Origin: the human T2T-CHM13v2.0 reference genome, Homo sapiens | DNA length: 64,000 nt | Assembly: GCF_009914755.1 (NCBI RefSeq) | Contig: NC_060935.1 | Strand: one strand, 5' to 3' | Made by a program: the position numbers and the translations under genes | Shown: in pieces, positions 1 through 19,000 of the stretch | Numbering within the stretch: position 1 is the first letter of the stretch | Layout: each line of letters starts with the position of its first letter | Notes under the pieces: generated by a model | The model's database searches: none | Told to the model about the DNA's origin: nothing | What the model saw: the letters and a program-made list of their open reading frames with translations, nothing else

Positions 1-969
1 AATATGCCTTTATTTTGCTTTTATTCTTAAAAGATTGTCTGGGAATAACAATTTGGGAGCACAAAACTGAGTTACTTTGATTTTGCCATTATAAAACTAT
101 CATTTCATTGTCTTCTGACCTCCAATTGTTTTTGAGAAGTTGACATTTGGTCTAATATATATTCCTTTGTATAGGAATAAAACCGTAATTACCACAGACC
201 CCATAACACTAGCTCAGTGGTAATTTGGGTATGAATGTTTTAAATGCATAACAATGCGAATTGTCAGTATTAAGTCAAATGCAGCTAGAAACAGTAGTTT
301 TCTTATGGTAGTGCAAGTTTGTATTAATGGTTAGAAACTGGCTGAGGGGACTTTTGTTTCTTTTTTACACAAAGCAAGTCTAAGACAGGCATGATGTTGG
401 GGATAATATCTGTTTAATAAGCAGGGGAGAAGTTCTGTGTTGTTTATCCTTTAACGATGTGACTCTCAGGCTCTGCAGTCCTCTGAATGCCAGAAGCTAA
501 GCCACCAGAGACTCACATTTACCTCCATTCAAGCTCCAGCTGCAGAGTTTACTTACCTCTGTGGATTAATGCTTTCTTGTTGTTTCTGTCCACTGAAAAA
601 TTCTCTTTCTGGTCCGTCAGCTCTGCTACACATTAAGAAGAATTTTTTAATCTAGTATTTTTACCTGAAGGAGTTTCTGTGAGTATTCAAACCTATTGCA
701 AGAAACACTGCTATATGGCTCAAAGCTTATTTTTAAAAAGCCATTTTGCTTATACTAACTGAGTAGTAATCTGTGTATTATATATTTGTCTTTCAATTGA
801 GTAGAACTTTAGAGGTCCTTCAATCTAGCAGATAAAGCTGAGATGAATGGCCATTAGGACATTCAGCTGAGGTTACATAGCTGAATAATAGCCAAATCAA
901 AATTAAGACCAAGTTTTTTAAATAACCATTTCAGTCTGTGCAGGAAAAGGTGGCTCAAAATGATCATAT

Positions 970-1272
970 ACACTGGTTTACTTCTCCTTGCCCTCTTTAC
1001 CTGGCTAACTCCCACTAAGCTCTTAAATCCCAGCTTATGTGCCATTTCCTCAGAGAACTCTTTTTCTGAGCCCTGGACTAGTGTAGGTTTTTCTGGCATT
1101 TGTTTCCATGACACTCTGTATTTCTATCATTACTCATGCTTCTTTTGTGTATTTGTTCAATTTTCTTTCTATAAGTGCAAAACCCACATTTGGTTTGCTT
1201 CCTGCTGGGTGCTCAACCTCTAGAATGGTGTCTGAAAGTTAGATATTTAATAAGCACTTGCTGCATAAAGTG
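970..1272 (+). mobile_element. L2 LINE 3' fragment
   Basis: cctggctaactcc...atttcctcagaga...aataagcacttgctg L2 3' pattern. Confidence 0.6.
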
Positions 1273-1455
1273 AAACTCCTTATGAGGGACTAATTTGTTG
1301 AGTCTCTAGGGACTGCTTGAGTTGGAGGCTGTTATGCAGAACTGAACTCATAAACTAATCTTTTTAAAAAAATTCTTTGTTTCTCCAAGGAGAGTGTGAG
1401 TTTTATAAATGTTGGCACTCAAATAAAAATTAATCCTCATGCTTTCCTATGAAAG

Positions 1456-1671
1456 AACAAAACGGCAATTATTGAGTGTAAAAATGATGGTGTAATTAAA
1501 CCTCTCAACTACTGAAGCCAGATCAATAATAGTACAATACATCTTTGTGAGGATTTTATCAGTCAGCAAGAGAGAAGACAGCATCAAGGGGGAAGGTCAA
1601 AATTTCGGAGACTATGAGTCCAGTGTTCTGGGTTAATGTTGTCTGTCAGGACGATCCTCTTGGCATTTTTA
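1456..1671 (+). pseudogene. Exon remnant, repeat 1 N-terminal helix + activation-loop region
   Basis: RTKRQLLSVKMMV*LNLSTTEARSIIVQYIFVRILSVSKREDSIKGEGQNFGDYESSVLG, then frameshifted VNVVCQDDPLGIF. Matches repeat 2 DAYKHVKYTEITVS*EDEKGIK / TSGAYESSL. Boundaries approximate. Confidence 0.6.
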
Positions 1672-2017
1672 GTATACCCCACTTACTAGTGGCTTTCTGA
1701 AAAAGTAGGCATTAAGCACTTCAGGAATCTCTTTCTTGGTGGTTGGCTTAGAAACTGGTTCGGAGACTGTCTCTGGGAGCTATGATCACCTCAGTTAGAC
1801 TCTGATTTGGAGAAGATGCCACAGTTCTCATGTAATGACAGTAGAAGTAATGAATTTCCCTCTATGCCAATACAGATTCCAGTTCAGAAGAGGCAAGGAC
1901 ACAGTTTACAACAGCATAGACTTTCTTTTAATGTTAAGAACTTAAAACTCTTATTTCAGCAAGGTTTGTTATTTTGTAGTGACTGATTTGGAGACTTTCC
2001 TGTTCTGTCTCCCAAAG

Positions 2018-2079
2018 GCCTGAGGCCACTCGCAGACCTGATGGAGGTGGACACCTGGAACCACCCAGGCAGGGGGAAT
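2018..2079 (+). pseudogene. Exon remnant, repeat 1
   Basis: Acceptor ctttcctgttctgtctcccaaAG; LRPLADLMEVDTWNHPGRGN (cf. MAB21L1 FVDDGSLPG); probable donor decayed to ATAAGT. Confidence 0.7.
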
Positions 2080-2220
2080 ATAAGTATTCAGGGAAGTCCA
2101 GAGTGCTTGCTCTTCATAGTCGAATACAAATGGGGCAGGCAGGCTCTGTGATTGAAGATATTTATTAATTTGAATCCCTTTTCATTTCATTGTACCATAA
2201 GTCATATGTGATTATTATAT

Positions 2221-2723
2221 TGATGCAACACAAGTGAGCCCCAAAACTGGGGCTTAGCCCAGGAGAGTTCTTGGCTTCACCCAGGAAATAATTCAAGGGC
2301 AACTCAGTAATGTTTGACAGCAGTCTTTTATTGAACAGTACTGCTCCATGCAGAGCAGGGGTAACTCATAGGCAGTGTGCCCAGAGTCAGCAATGTATGA
2401 GCTGTTGGCAACTGAATATATACCCAGTTATACCCACTTCCAATTACATACAAATTAAAGGGCGGGTTAATGCAAATAGAGGGGTGGGTTATTTAGGACT
2501 TTCTAGGAAAGGGTCAGTAACTTCTGAGTCATTGCCATGGAAAGGTGGTAACTTCTGGGTTGTTGCCATGGCATTTGTAAACTGTCATGGTGCTGGTAGG
2601 AGTGTATGATGTAAATGAGCAATGAGGGCAACTAGGGATCACTTTCCTTGCTATCTGCTGGCTCTTGCTGGTTCCTTCACTTCATCCCAGTGGGAAATAA
2701 GTCCTGCTTGTGTCCTCCCTCCG
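2221..2723 (-). mobile_element. ERV1 solo LTR, MER66-like
   Basis: tgatgc...gagccccaaaactggggcttagcc terminus and duplicated ccatggcaac...gaagttacc blocks on the minus strand. Confidence 0.75.
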
Positions 2724-2748
2724 TATGATTTTAAGGTTGTGTTACATT

Positions 2749-2978
2749 CGGTGGTGTCCTGGTAGATGCTTAACAACTCGTTGTGGGGCAGGGATGGGGG
2801 AAGGAAGGGGACCTGATTTTAGCATTTGGTGATTCCTGGGTTGTAAATACTCCCAGCAGGGCTGATTTCAAGTTGCCAATGTGACATCACTGAAAGCAGA
2901 GTTGGCAAGAGATGCTCACCCACAATTGACTCCCCAGGCTGCTGCCAGCTTATAGGAGCCAGCTCCAGGACACCACTA
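2749..2978. mobile_element. MER63-like hAT DNA transposon
   Basis: Terminal inverted repeats gtggtgtcctgg / ccaggacaccac; internal gtaaatactccca...gatttcaag...gtgacatcactga. Confidence 0.75.
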
Positions 2979-3228
2979 CACGTAGTGCTGAAAATGCAAA
3001 AAGGACCGGCTGCTTAACTGATCCTAAGGGACAAGCAACTCGAAAAACACCACAGAAAGCCATGGTTTCCAGCTGCCAAGAGGGAAGCCAGGTTCCTTCT
3101 ATAACGTGGGTGAAGTCTGGATACCACTAGGGTCTACTGAGCTGTATCTTTATGAGAGTCCACTGAATCTCACCCTATCATTTTTCCCACTTGTGATCCC
3201 TCAGACATGTTATCCCCTTGATGTCTAG

Positions 3229-3302
3229 ATTATTCAGAGGGAGTGAAAAGTGGCAGCACTGTAGAACAGCACAACTGAAGGAAGGGATTGATGAAGCTAC
3301 AG
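3229..3302 (+). pseudogene. Exon remnant, repeat 1
   Basis: tatccccttgatgtctAG acceptor; LFRGSEKWQHCRTAQLKEGIDEAT; weak cag|GTCTCT donor; phase join needs a frameshift. Confidence 0.45.
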
Positions 3303-3364
3303 GTCTCTGACGAAGAGACTTTAATAGCTTTTATTCTAGTGAGGGTGCCAGGACAAAGTGTTTG

Positions 3365-8804
<5,440 letters not shown>

Positions 8805-8817
8805 AAAAATTTTTCTT

Positions 8818-10190
8818 TTAGTTTTGTCTTGTATATTTCTATTTTTTTAACTTACAAATTTCCTACATCCTTATATTTTAAGTGTAAATGTTGTAAGCAA
8901 AGTATAGCTGGATTTTTTTTAAATCCATTCTGAAAATCATTGACTTCTAACAAGTGAGATTAGTATATTTATGTCATTGTGATTATAAATACATGTGGAT
9001 TTATTTCTACCATTTTACATCATTTAAATTCTAATTTTTAAATATTTTTCTTCTTTTAAATTGTTTTGACCCCATTTTACTTTCTCCCTTCTACCAACTT
9101 ATAAGATACAACCTCTGTTTTTACTTGTTTAGTACTTTCCTAGAAATTACAATATGCGTTGTTAATTTAATAAAGTAAAAAGTTAATCAGTGTATTAAAC
9201 CTCCGTCAAAACTATACTTTTACTTTGGGACCTTTGACTCCAGTTACCTCCATTCCAGGTGACATAACTATTATTTTCTGATATTTTACTCCTATCTTGC
9301 CGTGGTTTTCTACACTCAGCAATTTGACATTATAATTAATGTTTTATAAAGCCAATGATTGTTTAAATTTACCACATATTTACCACTTCTCTTGGTTTAC
9401 TATTTCTTCAGACTTTCCTTCTAGATTATTTTTTATGTTTAGTACATTTTTGAGAAATTCCTTCAGTTAAAGATCTATTGATGTTAGCCCTCTCAGTTTT
9501 TACTTGTTTGGAAATATTACCATTTCACATTAATAACTGAAAAAAACATAGGTATGCAAATCTTGTGTGGATAATTTTTTTTCTCAGTATCTATTCTTTT
9601 AGAATCTTGCCTCCAAACTCCTGGTTTTGAGAAATCAACCGCTCTCTATGTGTAACACTCTTTTCTCTGTGCCATACTTCGAGACTTCTCTGAAATTTGA
9701 TTATAGTATGAATGGTGTTGAATTTTTAAAAATTATTGTTTATCTTTCTTAGGATTCATAGGGTGTCAGGAATCTGATGTGTCTCATCAATTCTGAAAAT
9801 TCACAGCCATGATCTCTTTGCATATTGTCTCTCCCTGATGCTTTCTATCTTTTCCTCCTGGAAATCTCTTTAGATATTTTAGACCTATTCACTCTATCTT
9901 CCATGTTTGTTTGTTTATTCTTTTTCCTATTGATAGTGCAGCTGGGTAATTTCTTTACATCTGTTTTTGAGTACGCTAATTCTTTCTTTAGCAGTTTCCA
10001 ATTAGTACTTAATAATTTCTTGAATTTCTCATTTAAATTGATGTAATTTTCATTCCTAGAAGCTTTGACTCTTAAAACTTTGTTCGTTTGTATAATTATT
10101 TGATCCATTTTCATACTTTTGACATCTTTTTAGTTCTTTAAACTTCTCTGCTCATATAGTATTTTCAGTCAGATAATTATAAAATATATG
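8818..10190 (-). mobile_element. Continuation of old L1M
   Basis: ORF1-like remnant on minus strand (9845-10114 ...NMEDRVNRSKI). Confidence 0.6.
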
Positions 10191-10199
10191 ACTCGACGT

Positions 10200-10470
10200 C
10201 ACTTCTGCATTTGAGACAAAAGGAAAGTGGCAAGGAAAGAAGGCAGTGATAAGTACCTCTAGGGACTCTTTTTCATCTGGAAAAAGAAAGCAGTCCTAAA
10301 AGTCATCCCAATGTCTCCGCTTATTTCTTATTGGACAAAGCTCTGTCACAAAACCATCCTCACACTCAAGAAAAGTAATGAAAGCATATTTTTAGCTTTT
10401 TCAGCCTGTATGCTGGAAAGTGGCCAGATGAAGGGGTTAGAAATGTAATTTAAGTTAGCTGTGGCATTTG
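10200..10470 (-). mobile_element. MLT1-like MaLR LTR fragment
   Basis: tcttattggacaaagctctgtcaca...ccatcctca motif. Confidence 0.45.
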
Positions 10471-10764
10471 CCCCAGTAGCACAGAAGGAGATGCTCAGGA
10501 ACCTTTTACTGAATCTGAGTCTGAAATGCACCATCTCATTTAGTCACACTGGGTCCACAAAAGGGAGGACAGGGAAGAAAGCTGAGAAAGCATGCCAGCT
10601 CTGTTGGGATTCCTGTGAACATGTGTGGAGGTGATTCCACAGCTCAAAGAAGATAACAGGGGATAGCGATATTTTTCTCTATAAAAATCTATCCTTGTTT
10701 TCCTTATTTTGGGTGGAATTTGAAAAAGGGTAAATTTATAAGAGAAATTAAAACATGCTTATTT

Positions 10765-11160
10765 AAAAAAAAACTCTCCATGAACCTATATGTGAATGTT
10801 CATAGCAGCTTTACTCATAATTGACAAAAACTGGAAACAACCTAAATGTCCTCCAATGGGTAAAACAATAAACTATTACATACATACAATGGAATGCTAC
10901 TCAGCAATGAAAGGAATACTCAATGTGTGCATAATATACACACAATAGCATGGATGGATATCAGGGGTATAATGCTAAGTGAAAAAAAGCAAGACTCAAA
11001 AATCTACGTACTGCATATTTTCCTTATATGAAAGAGGCAAAATTATAGGGATGGAGAACAAATCAACATTTGCCAGGGCTTGGGGATGGGGAGATGCGTT
11101 GATGACAAAGGGGCAATATGAGGGAATTGAGGGGTTGGGAGGAGGTGAAACTGCAAATCA
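10765..11160 (+). mobile_element. L1MC/MD 3' fragment
   Basis: gaatgttcatagcagcttta...ctggaaacaacctaaatgtcc ORF2 end and 3'UTR. Confidence 0.75.
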
Positions 11161-11371
11161 AAGATAAATAAAAATTTAAAAATCACTTTTTGAGGAGGAA
11201 AATAAAGAATTAAATGAGAAAAATCTAATGAAAAGAGTGACCGTCGAGTTTGAAGATACAGGAATATATAAAATATTTCTGTCTATCTAGGAAGATATAG
11301 AATAGATAAGAATAATCAATAGAGCAAGTTCTCTGAGAAGTTAGCCAACAGGATCTAAACTATAGGTGTAG

Positions 11372-11795
<424 letters not shown>

Positions 11796-12192
11796 GGGGA
11801 CAATATTTTCTTTGTTATAGGAATTAATAGGAAAAAGATGAGAGCAAATTCAGGTAAATTTGTAGATTTGGAGAAGTGTAAAGATAAAACATTAAAAAAT
11901 GTGCAAAAGGGATAGCAGGGATTTTTTATATTGAGGACCAATACCAGTCAACTGGTGGTAGCTGACTAATGTATTGTGTTAGGAAGGATTTACAAGCAAT
12001 ATCAAGGATCAGGAAATGAGAAGACTAGGATCTAGTGGCAATGTCTGCCACAAGTTTTAGACAACCAATTACCTTCTATTATTTCAGCTAATTCTCTCTA
12101 ATTGTATGTATTGTAAGAAATCACACACACATTCTCTACCTATAATAACCTTACTTTTCCACTTCTCTTTGTTTAACTAAAGGCTATTCACA

Positions 12193-12425
12193 AGCCGAGG
12201 AATTTGAGACTAGCCTGGGCAACATGGTGAAACCCCGTTTCTACCAAAAAAAAATATGTAATAGTACAAAAATTAGCCAGACATGGTGGCGGGTGCCTAT
12301 AGTCCCACCTACTTGGAGGGCTGAGGTGGGAGCATCACCTAAGCCCAGGGAGGTCAAGGCTGCAATGAACCATGATTGTGCCACTGCGCTCCAGCCTGGG
12401 GGACAGAGTGACACCCTGTCTGAAA
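12193..12425 (+). mobile_element. 5'-truncated AluJ
   Basis: ggaggtcaaggctgca J diagnostics; degenerate TSD taaaggctattcaca / taaaagctatttaca. Confidence 0.85.
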
Positions 12426-12717
12426 TAAAAGCTATTTACATTAGGAGTCCTCATTAAGCAACCCCTCTATATATGCACCCGGAATAGATGAGATGCTTCT
12501 TGTGTGCTCTTCAAGCATCCTATATGTCCCTCTTCACCACAGTTACCACATTAGATTGTAAGTGTCTATGTATCTCTGCCTACCACACTAGAATAGTTGA
12601 TCCTTGAAGAGGAAGTCTGTAACTATATTCCTATTATTTAACCTAAGAGGTGGATAGTAAAATTATTTTTGAGTGCACAGGTGAATGAAGGAAACTAAAA
12701 TAGCTCCAATATGGCGT

Positions 12718-13178
12718 GTGAATCTTAATTTGGAATTCCTGGAAGCAGAAGCTGAGAGGGATTCTCGTGCAAGTGACTTAGTGAAGGACTGCCCTCAAGT
12801 GAAACCCATAAAGAAGAAAGGGAGGCAGGTGGGTGAAGGGAGAGAGCGAGGCAAAGGTGTATCAGCTAAAGCCTTTCCTGAGCCTGATGCCACAAGGAGC
12901 TCTGGAGCGTGAAGAGCACCACTGAGGTATCCCACCCTGAGACGAGGGGGCCGCCGTTTTACCCTGTGCTAGTCTTTCATGGGCTGTAGGACTCCTCTGG
13001 GAAAGGGTATAACTTGCCTGTCATTTTCAAGATGGTTCCCATCAGCTGAGGAGAATTTTCCCAAGAAATATAGAGCCATGAACTGTTCGCAGCCAATGCT
13101 CATAGCCGCTAAGGAATGGATGCACTGGCTTTGTCAAAGGGGATGTAGGCAGGGAACAATAGGGTCTATTGCAGTGTG
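12718..13178 (-). mobile_element. ERVL LTR (LTR16-like)
   Basis: ttcctggaagcagaagctgagagggattc...gtgcaagtga...ggagctctggag pattern. Confidence 0.6.
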
Positions 13179-13450
13179 ACAGGACAATGGGAAAGGGGTT
13201 ATGGGAACATAGGTGGGACCCTGACTCCCATGACCTCTGAGATATAGGAAAAGGAAGGAGAAAGAGAAGAGGGATCCTCTTCCCCTCACCTCCCACCCCA
13301 CATACTCCTTTCCTAGGTGAGAGTTGGCTTGCTGCCTTGGCGTTGTGGCTACCAAAGACAGGTGTCTGCACAGCAGGCTGGATGCTCCTGAGAGGCAGGT
13401 TGGCTTTGCAGAGAGCTGAGGTGGACTTTTGCTGCATCCCCTTCACACAG

Positions 13451-13579
13451 TTAAATTATTCCATGGCTGAACACATGGGGAGGGTTGAGCTAGATGAAAA
13501 AAACAAATCTTCTACAAACCTGGAACAGCTGTAAAAGAAATAGAGTTGTCAAGGACAGCAATTTCATCTCTGAAGAAAG
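13451..13579 (+). pseudogene. Exon remnant, repeat 1
   Basis: cccttcacacAG ... aaag|GTGAGA; MGRVELDEK/QIFYKPGTAVKEIELSRTAISSLKK with a frameshift in an A7 run (cf. cGAS ILSASKMLSKFRKIIKEEI). Confidence 0.65.
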
Positions 13580-13985
13580 GTGAGACCAGTAAGGGAGAAC
13601 ATTCCCCTGGGACTACATTTAATGGTCTTCTACCTATGGAGGTATTACTATCCAAAATAGTGATCCAGTTTCCTGACAGAAAGCCTTGTCCCATGGATTG
13701 GCATTTGCTTGCTTGGAAAATGAGTTTTCAACCTTTCGAGAATCGAAACAGTTTGTGGTATTTACAATACAGCCTTACTGTCCAGTAGCTAAGTGTAGTC
13801 TAATTCTAACAGATGGCTCTCCAGGGAAATTTTCCTTCAGATTGGATTATGCTTCCAGGCTGAAATTCACTAATTAAGGGGAGTCTAAATAAACATAGTG
13901 GGGGAGTGAGAGGGAGGGGAAGGTAGGCTGTTTCTTAGGAAGCTGTTTTGGAAAGTGGCCATATTTGCAATCTTTATCTTTCCAG

Positions 13986-14056
13986 CTCCACACACTCAGC
14001 TATGTGGAGAATCTAGGCCACTGCTTTGCTAAAGACATGGTAGTGCTGGATCAAGG
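13986..14056 (+). pseudogene. Exon remnant, repeat 1
   Basis: tctttatctttccAG ... GG|GTCAGT; LHTLSYVENLGHCFAKDMVVLDQ matches repeat 3 NAYSKQIVVLD and repeat 2 GQLKYICHLTWHYHLPK. Confidence 0.7.
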
Positions 14057-14477
14057 GTCAGTCTGCCTTCAGCAAGGAGCTATGACTTCGTTTTCTATAA
14101 GGCCCTGGCTCTCTAACCTGGTTTTCTCCTATGTTACCTGTCTTGAAATGTAGCTTCCAGAATAAATGTATCTTTAAGATGAGCATGACTGACTTTAAAA
14201 ACTGAACAGATCTATGAATTTGGCTCTGGTAAACATTGCTAACCTTCTTTTATAAAAAGTCTAATACTTTGGTTTTGAAGTCTTTAATATGTAAAGATAC
14301 TCCTCTATTACACATTTCTTAATGCTTACCAGTTTGAGACCTAAATAGCTATAGGACAAGTACATATGGCTATCAGATATGGAAGGATGAATTTTGCATG
14401 AGTGGGCTGAGAAAAATCCAATTTGGAAGTCAGGAAGTGAGTTCTGGGTCAGGAAGTTAGTTGCAGTTTTGTCTCCA

Positions 14478-15155
14478 TCATCATTCAACAAATGTTTTTG
14501 AATACTCACTGTCTGCCAGGCAATGTATTGGACATCAAGCACATAATGGCCCTTACCCTCTTGGGGCTTTTGGTTTTGGGAGATGGGAATGTGGGAAGAA
14601 GGGACAGATAGTGAAACATAACATTGCACAGATAATTACTCACATGTGTTATTGGTGCTGCAGAGGAAACGTAGGCAAGCGCTTCCTGTGGCACCTAACC
14701 TGGCCTGGTATATTAAAGAAGGATGCTTGGAGGAAATAACATTGAAGCTGAGACAAAAGGATGGTTAGGCATTTGCCTGAAGAAGGGCAGAGTCCCACGC
14801 AAAAGGAACAGGAATGTGGAAAGGCCCCAAGACAGGAACAGTTTTGGCAAGTTCAGGGGACAAAAAGTGCAGGGTGGTTAAAGATAGGGAAATAAAATGG
14901 AAGAGAGACCAGAACTCAGGAAGGAGCAAGAATAATTAAGATTTTTAAGACAAGAATAAGTCTTTGAGTCTTTATGAGTAATTTTGGGCAGTGAATTGAC
15001 ACATAGAAATTTACTTTTTTAAAAAATCACTCTGGCTGCAGTGAGGAATGGACAGGAGGGGAGAGTGAGGGGATGGTCAATCTATTATAGAAGGCCACTC
15101 GCGTGTGGTTAATAGACATGGAGAAAAGTAGCAGATTCCAGAAATTATTTAAGCA
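14478..15155 (-). mobile_element. L2 (3' part; resumes at ~26176)
   Basis: tcattcaacaaatgtttttgaatactcactgtctgccagg L2 tail. Confidence 0.8.
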
Positions 15156-16035
15156 GTTTCACTGAGGAATAATTGTATGTAATTAACTGCATATGTTTAA
15201 AGCACACAATTTGACAGTATTTGACATATATATACATTTGTGAAACCATTTACCATAGTCAATCAAAATAATGAACGTATCTGTCACCTCAAAACCTTGC
15301 CTGTACCCCTTTGTAACCTCTCCTGCCTCCACTCGCTGCCACCCATCCCCCCAATCCCCGCCACCCATCCCCCCAATCCCCAGGCAGGTGTTGATCTGTT
15401 TTGTCACACTACATTAGTTTAGATTTTCTAGGATTTTATAGAAATAAGCATCATACAGAAGGTACTCCGCTTTTACTTCTTTCAATCAGAATAATTATTT
15501 TTGAGATTAATTCATGTTGTATGTATTAATAATTCAATCTTTTTATTGCTGAGTACTATTCCATTGCATAGATATGCCACTTTTTGTTTATCCCTTGCCT
15601 ATTAATGAACATTTGGGTTATTTTCAGTTTGAGATATTACAAGTAAAGCTGCCATGAACATTCATGTGCTTTGTATGGACATATGCTTTTACTTCTCTCA
15701 CATAATGACCTAGGAATAGACTGCTGGATTAGATGGTAGGTGTATGTCTACCTTTTGATGAAATTGCTAAACTGTTTACCAAAATGATTGTATCATTTTA
15801 CATTTACACCAGCTATGAACTGTGAAAGTTCTAGTTGCTCTACATTCTCACCAGCACTTGGTAGAGTTGGTCTTTCATTTTAGACATTCTAAGAGGTATG
15901 AAATAGAATCTCATTGTGATTTTTACATTTCCCTAATAACAAATGAAATTGAGCATCATTTCATGTGCTTATCTACCATCTATTTATCTTTTTTGATAAA
16001 CTGTACAAAATCTTTGGTCAATTTTTAATAGTGTT
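15156..16035 (-). mobile_element. L1MB/MC 3' part (resumes at ~24964)
   Basis: Antisense L1M 3'UTR; consensus continues across the nested insert. Confidence 0.8.
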
Positions 16036-19000
16036 CTTTAACTTTCATTTTAGGTTTAGTGGTACATCTGTAGGTTTGCTATATAGGTAAACACATGTCA
16101 TAGGAGTTCGTTGTACAGATTATTTCTTCACCTGGGTACTAGGCCTAGTACCCAATAATTATTTTTTCTGATCCTTTCCCTCCTCCCACCCTCCACCCCC
16201 AGAAGGTTCCAGTGTTTGCTGTTCCCCTCTTTGTGTCCATGTGTTCTCATCATTTAGCTCCTACTTGTAAGTGAGAACATGTGGTATTTGGTTTTCTGTT
16301 CCTGTGTTAGTTTGCAAAGGATAATGACCTTTAGCTCCATTCATGTTCCTCCAGAGAACATGATCTCATTCTTTTTTATGGATGCATAGTAGTCCATGGA
16401 ATATTTTTTATGGCTGCATAGTATTCTGTGGTATATATGTACCACATTTTCTTTATCCAATCTGCCGTTGATGGGCATTTAGGTTGATTCCATGTCTTGC
16501 TATTGTGAATAGTGCTGCAACGAATATACACATGCATGTGTCTTTATGCTAGAACAATTTATATTCCTCTGGGTATACACCCAGTAATGAGATTGCTAGG
16601 TCAAATGGTAGTTCTGTTTTTAGCTCATTATCGCCACACTGCTTTCCACGATGGTTGAACTAATTTACACTCCCACCAACAGCATATAAGCATTCTCTTT
16701 TCTCCATAACCTTGCCAGCGTCTGTTATTTTTTGACTTTTTAGTAGTAGCCATTCTGACTGGCATGAGATGGTATCTCATTGGCGTTTTCATTTGCATTT
16801 CTCTAATGATCACTGATACTGAGCTCTTTTTCATATTTTTGTTGGTCACGTATCTGTCTTCAGAAAAATGTCTATTCATGTCCCTTGCCCACTTTTTAAT
16901 AGGGTTGTTTGTTTTTCTCTTGAAAATTTGTTTACATTCCTTATAAATGCTGGATATTAGACCTTTGTTAGATGCATAGTTTGCAAGGATTTTCTCCTGT
17001 TCTGTAGTTTGTTTGTTTACTCTGTTGATAGTTTCTTTTGTTGTGCAGAAGCTCTTAAGTTTATTTAGATCCCATTTGTCAATTTTAGCTTTAGTTGCAG
17101 TTGCTTTTGGCATCTTCATCATTAAATATTTGCCATTTCTATGTCCAGAATGGTATTGCCTAGGTTGTATTCCAGGATTTTTATAGTTTTGGGGTTTACA
17201 TTTAAATCTTTAATCCATCTTGAGTTAATTTTTGTATATGGTGTAAGGAAGGGGTCTAGTTTCGATCATCTTCATATGGCTAGCAAGTTATCCCAGCACC
17301 ATTTATTGAATAGGCAGTCTTTTCCCCATTGCTTGTTTTTTCTCAGCTTTGTCAAAAATCAGATAGTTATAGGTATGTGGCCTTATTTCTGGGCTCTCTA
17401 TTCTATTCCACAGGTCTATGCATCTGTTTTTGTACCAGTATCATGCTGTTTCAATTACTGTAGCCCTGTAGTAACAGGGTAACATGTTGAGGTTGGGGAA
17501 TGTGATACCTCCAGCTTTGTTCTTTTTGCTTAGAATTGCCCTGGCTATTCGAGCTCTTTTTGGTTCCATATGAATTTTAAAATAGTTTCTGCTAGTTATG
17601 TAAAGAATGTCATTGGTAGTTTAATAGGAATAGCATTGGATCTTTAAATTGCTTTGGGCAGTGTGGCCATTGTAATATTGATTCTTCTGATCCATGAGCA
17701 CGGAATGTTTTTCCATTTGTTTGTGTCATCTCTGATTTCTTTGAGCAGTATTTTGTAATTCTCACTGTAGACATCTTTACCTCCCTGGTTAGCTGTATCC
17801 CTAGGTATTTTATTCTTTTTGTGACAATTGTGAATGGGATTGCATTCCTGATTTGGCTCTCGGCTTGGCTGTTGCTGGTGTGTAGGAATGTTAGTGATTT
17901 TTATATGTTGATTTTTGTATCCTGAAAATTTGCTGAAGTTGTTTCTCAGCTTAAGGAGCTTTGGGGCCAAAAAGATGGATTTTTTTAGGTATAGGATCAT
18001 GTTGTCTGCAACCCGAGATAGTCTGACTTCCTCTCTTCCTATTTGGATGTGCTTTATTTCTTTCTCTGCCTGATTGCTCTTTCTCTGCTTGATTGCTCTG
18101 ATCAGGACTACCAATGCTATGTTGAATAGAAGTGGTGAGAAAGGGTATTCATGTCTTGTGCCAGTTTTCAAGGGAATGCTTCCAGTTTTTATCCATTCAG
18201 TATTATGTTGCCTGTGGGTTTGTCATAGATGGATCTTATTATTTTGAAGTATGTTCCTTCAAGGCCTAGTTTATTAAGAATTTTTAACATAAAGAGGTAT
18301 TGAATTTTATCAAAAGCCTTTTCTGCATCTATTGAGATAATCATGTGGCTTTTGTCTTTAATTCTGTTTATGTGATTAATCACATTTATTGATTTGTGTA
18401 TGTTGAACCAACCTTGCATCCCAGGGATAAAGCCTACTTGATTGTGGTGGATTAACTTTTTGATGTGCTGCTGGATTTGGTTTGCTAGCATTTTGTTGAG
18501 GATTTTTGCATCAGTGTTCATCAAGGATATTGGCCTGAGGTTTTCTTATTTTGTGTGTCTGCCAGGCTTTGATATCAGGATGATGCTGGCATCACAGAAT
18601 AAGCTGGGGAGGATTCCCTCCTCCACAGTTTTTTAGAATAGCTTCAGTAGGAATTGCACCAGCTCTTCTTTGTACATCTGGTAGAATTCGGCTATGAATC
18701 TCTCTGTCCCTGCACTTGTTTTGGTTGGTAGGTTATTTATTCTTGTTTCAATTTCAGAGCTTGTTACTGGCCTGTTAAGGGATTCTGTTTCTTCCTGGTT
18801 CAGTCTTGGGAGGATGTATGTGTCCAGGGACTTATCTATCTCTTCTAGGTTTTTAAATGTGTGTGCGTAGAGGTGTTTGTAGTAGTCTCTGATGGTTGTT
18901 TGTATTTCTGTGGCATCTGTGGTTACATCTCCTTTGTCATTTCTAATTGATATTGTCTCTTTTCTTCTTTATTAATCTAACTAGTGACCTATCTATTATT

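Noticed and set aside
1390-1395. Possible 6-nt micro-exon (caAG gagagt GTGAGT)
   Set aside because: Too short to support without RNA or conservation data.
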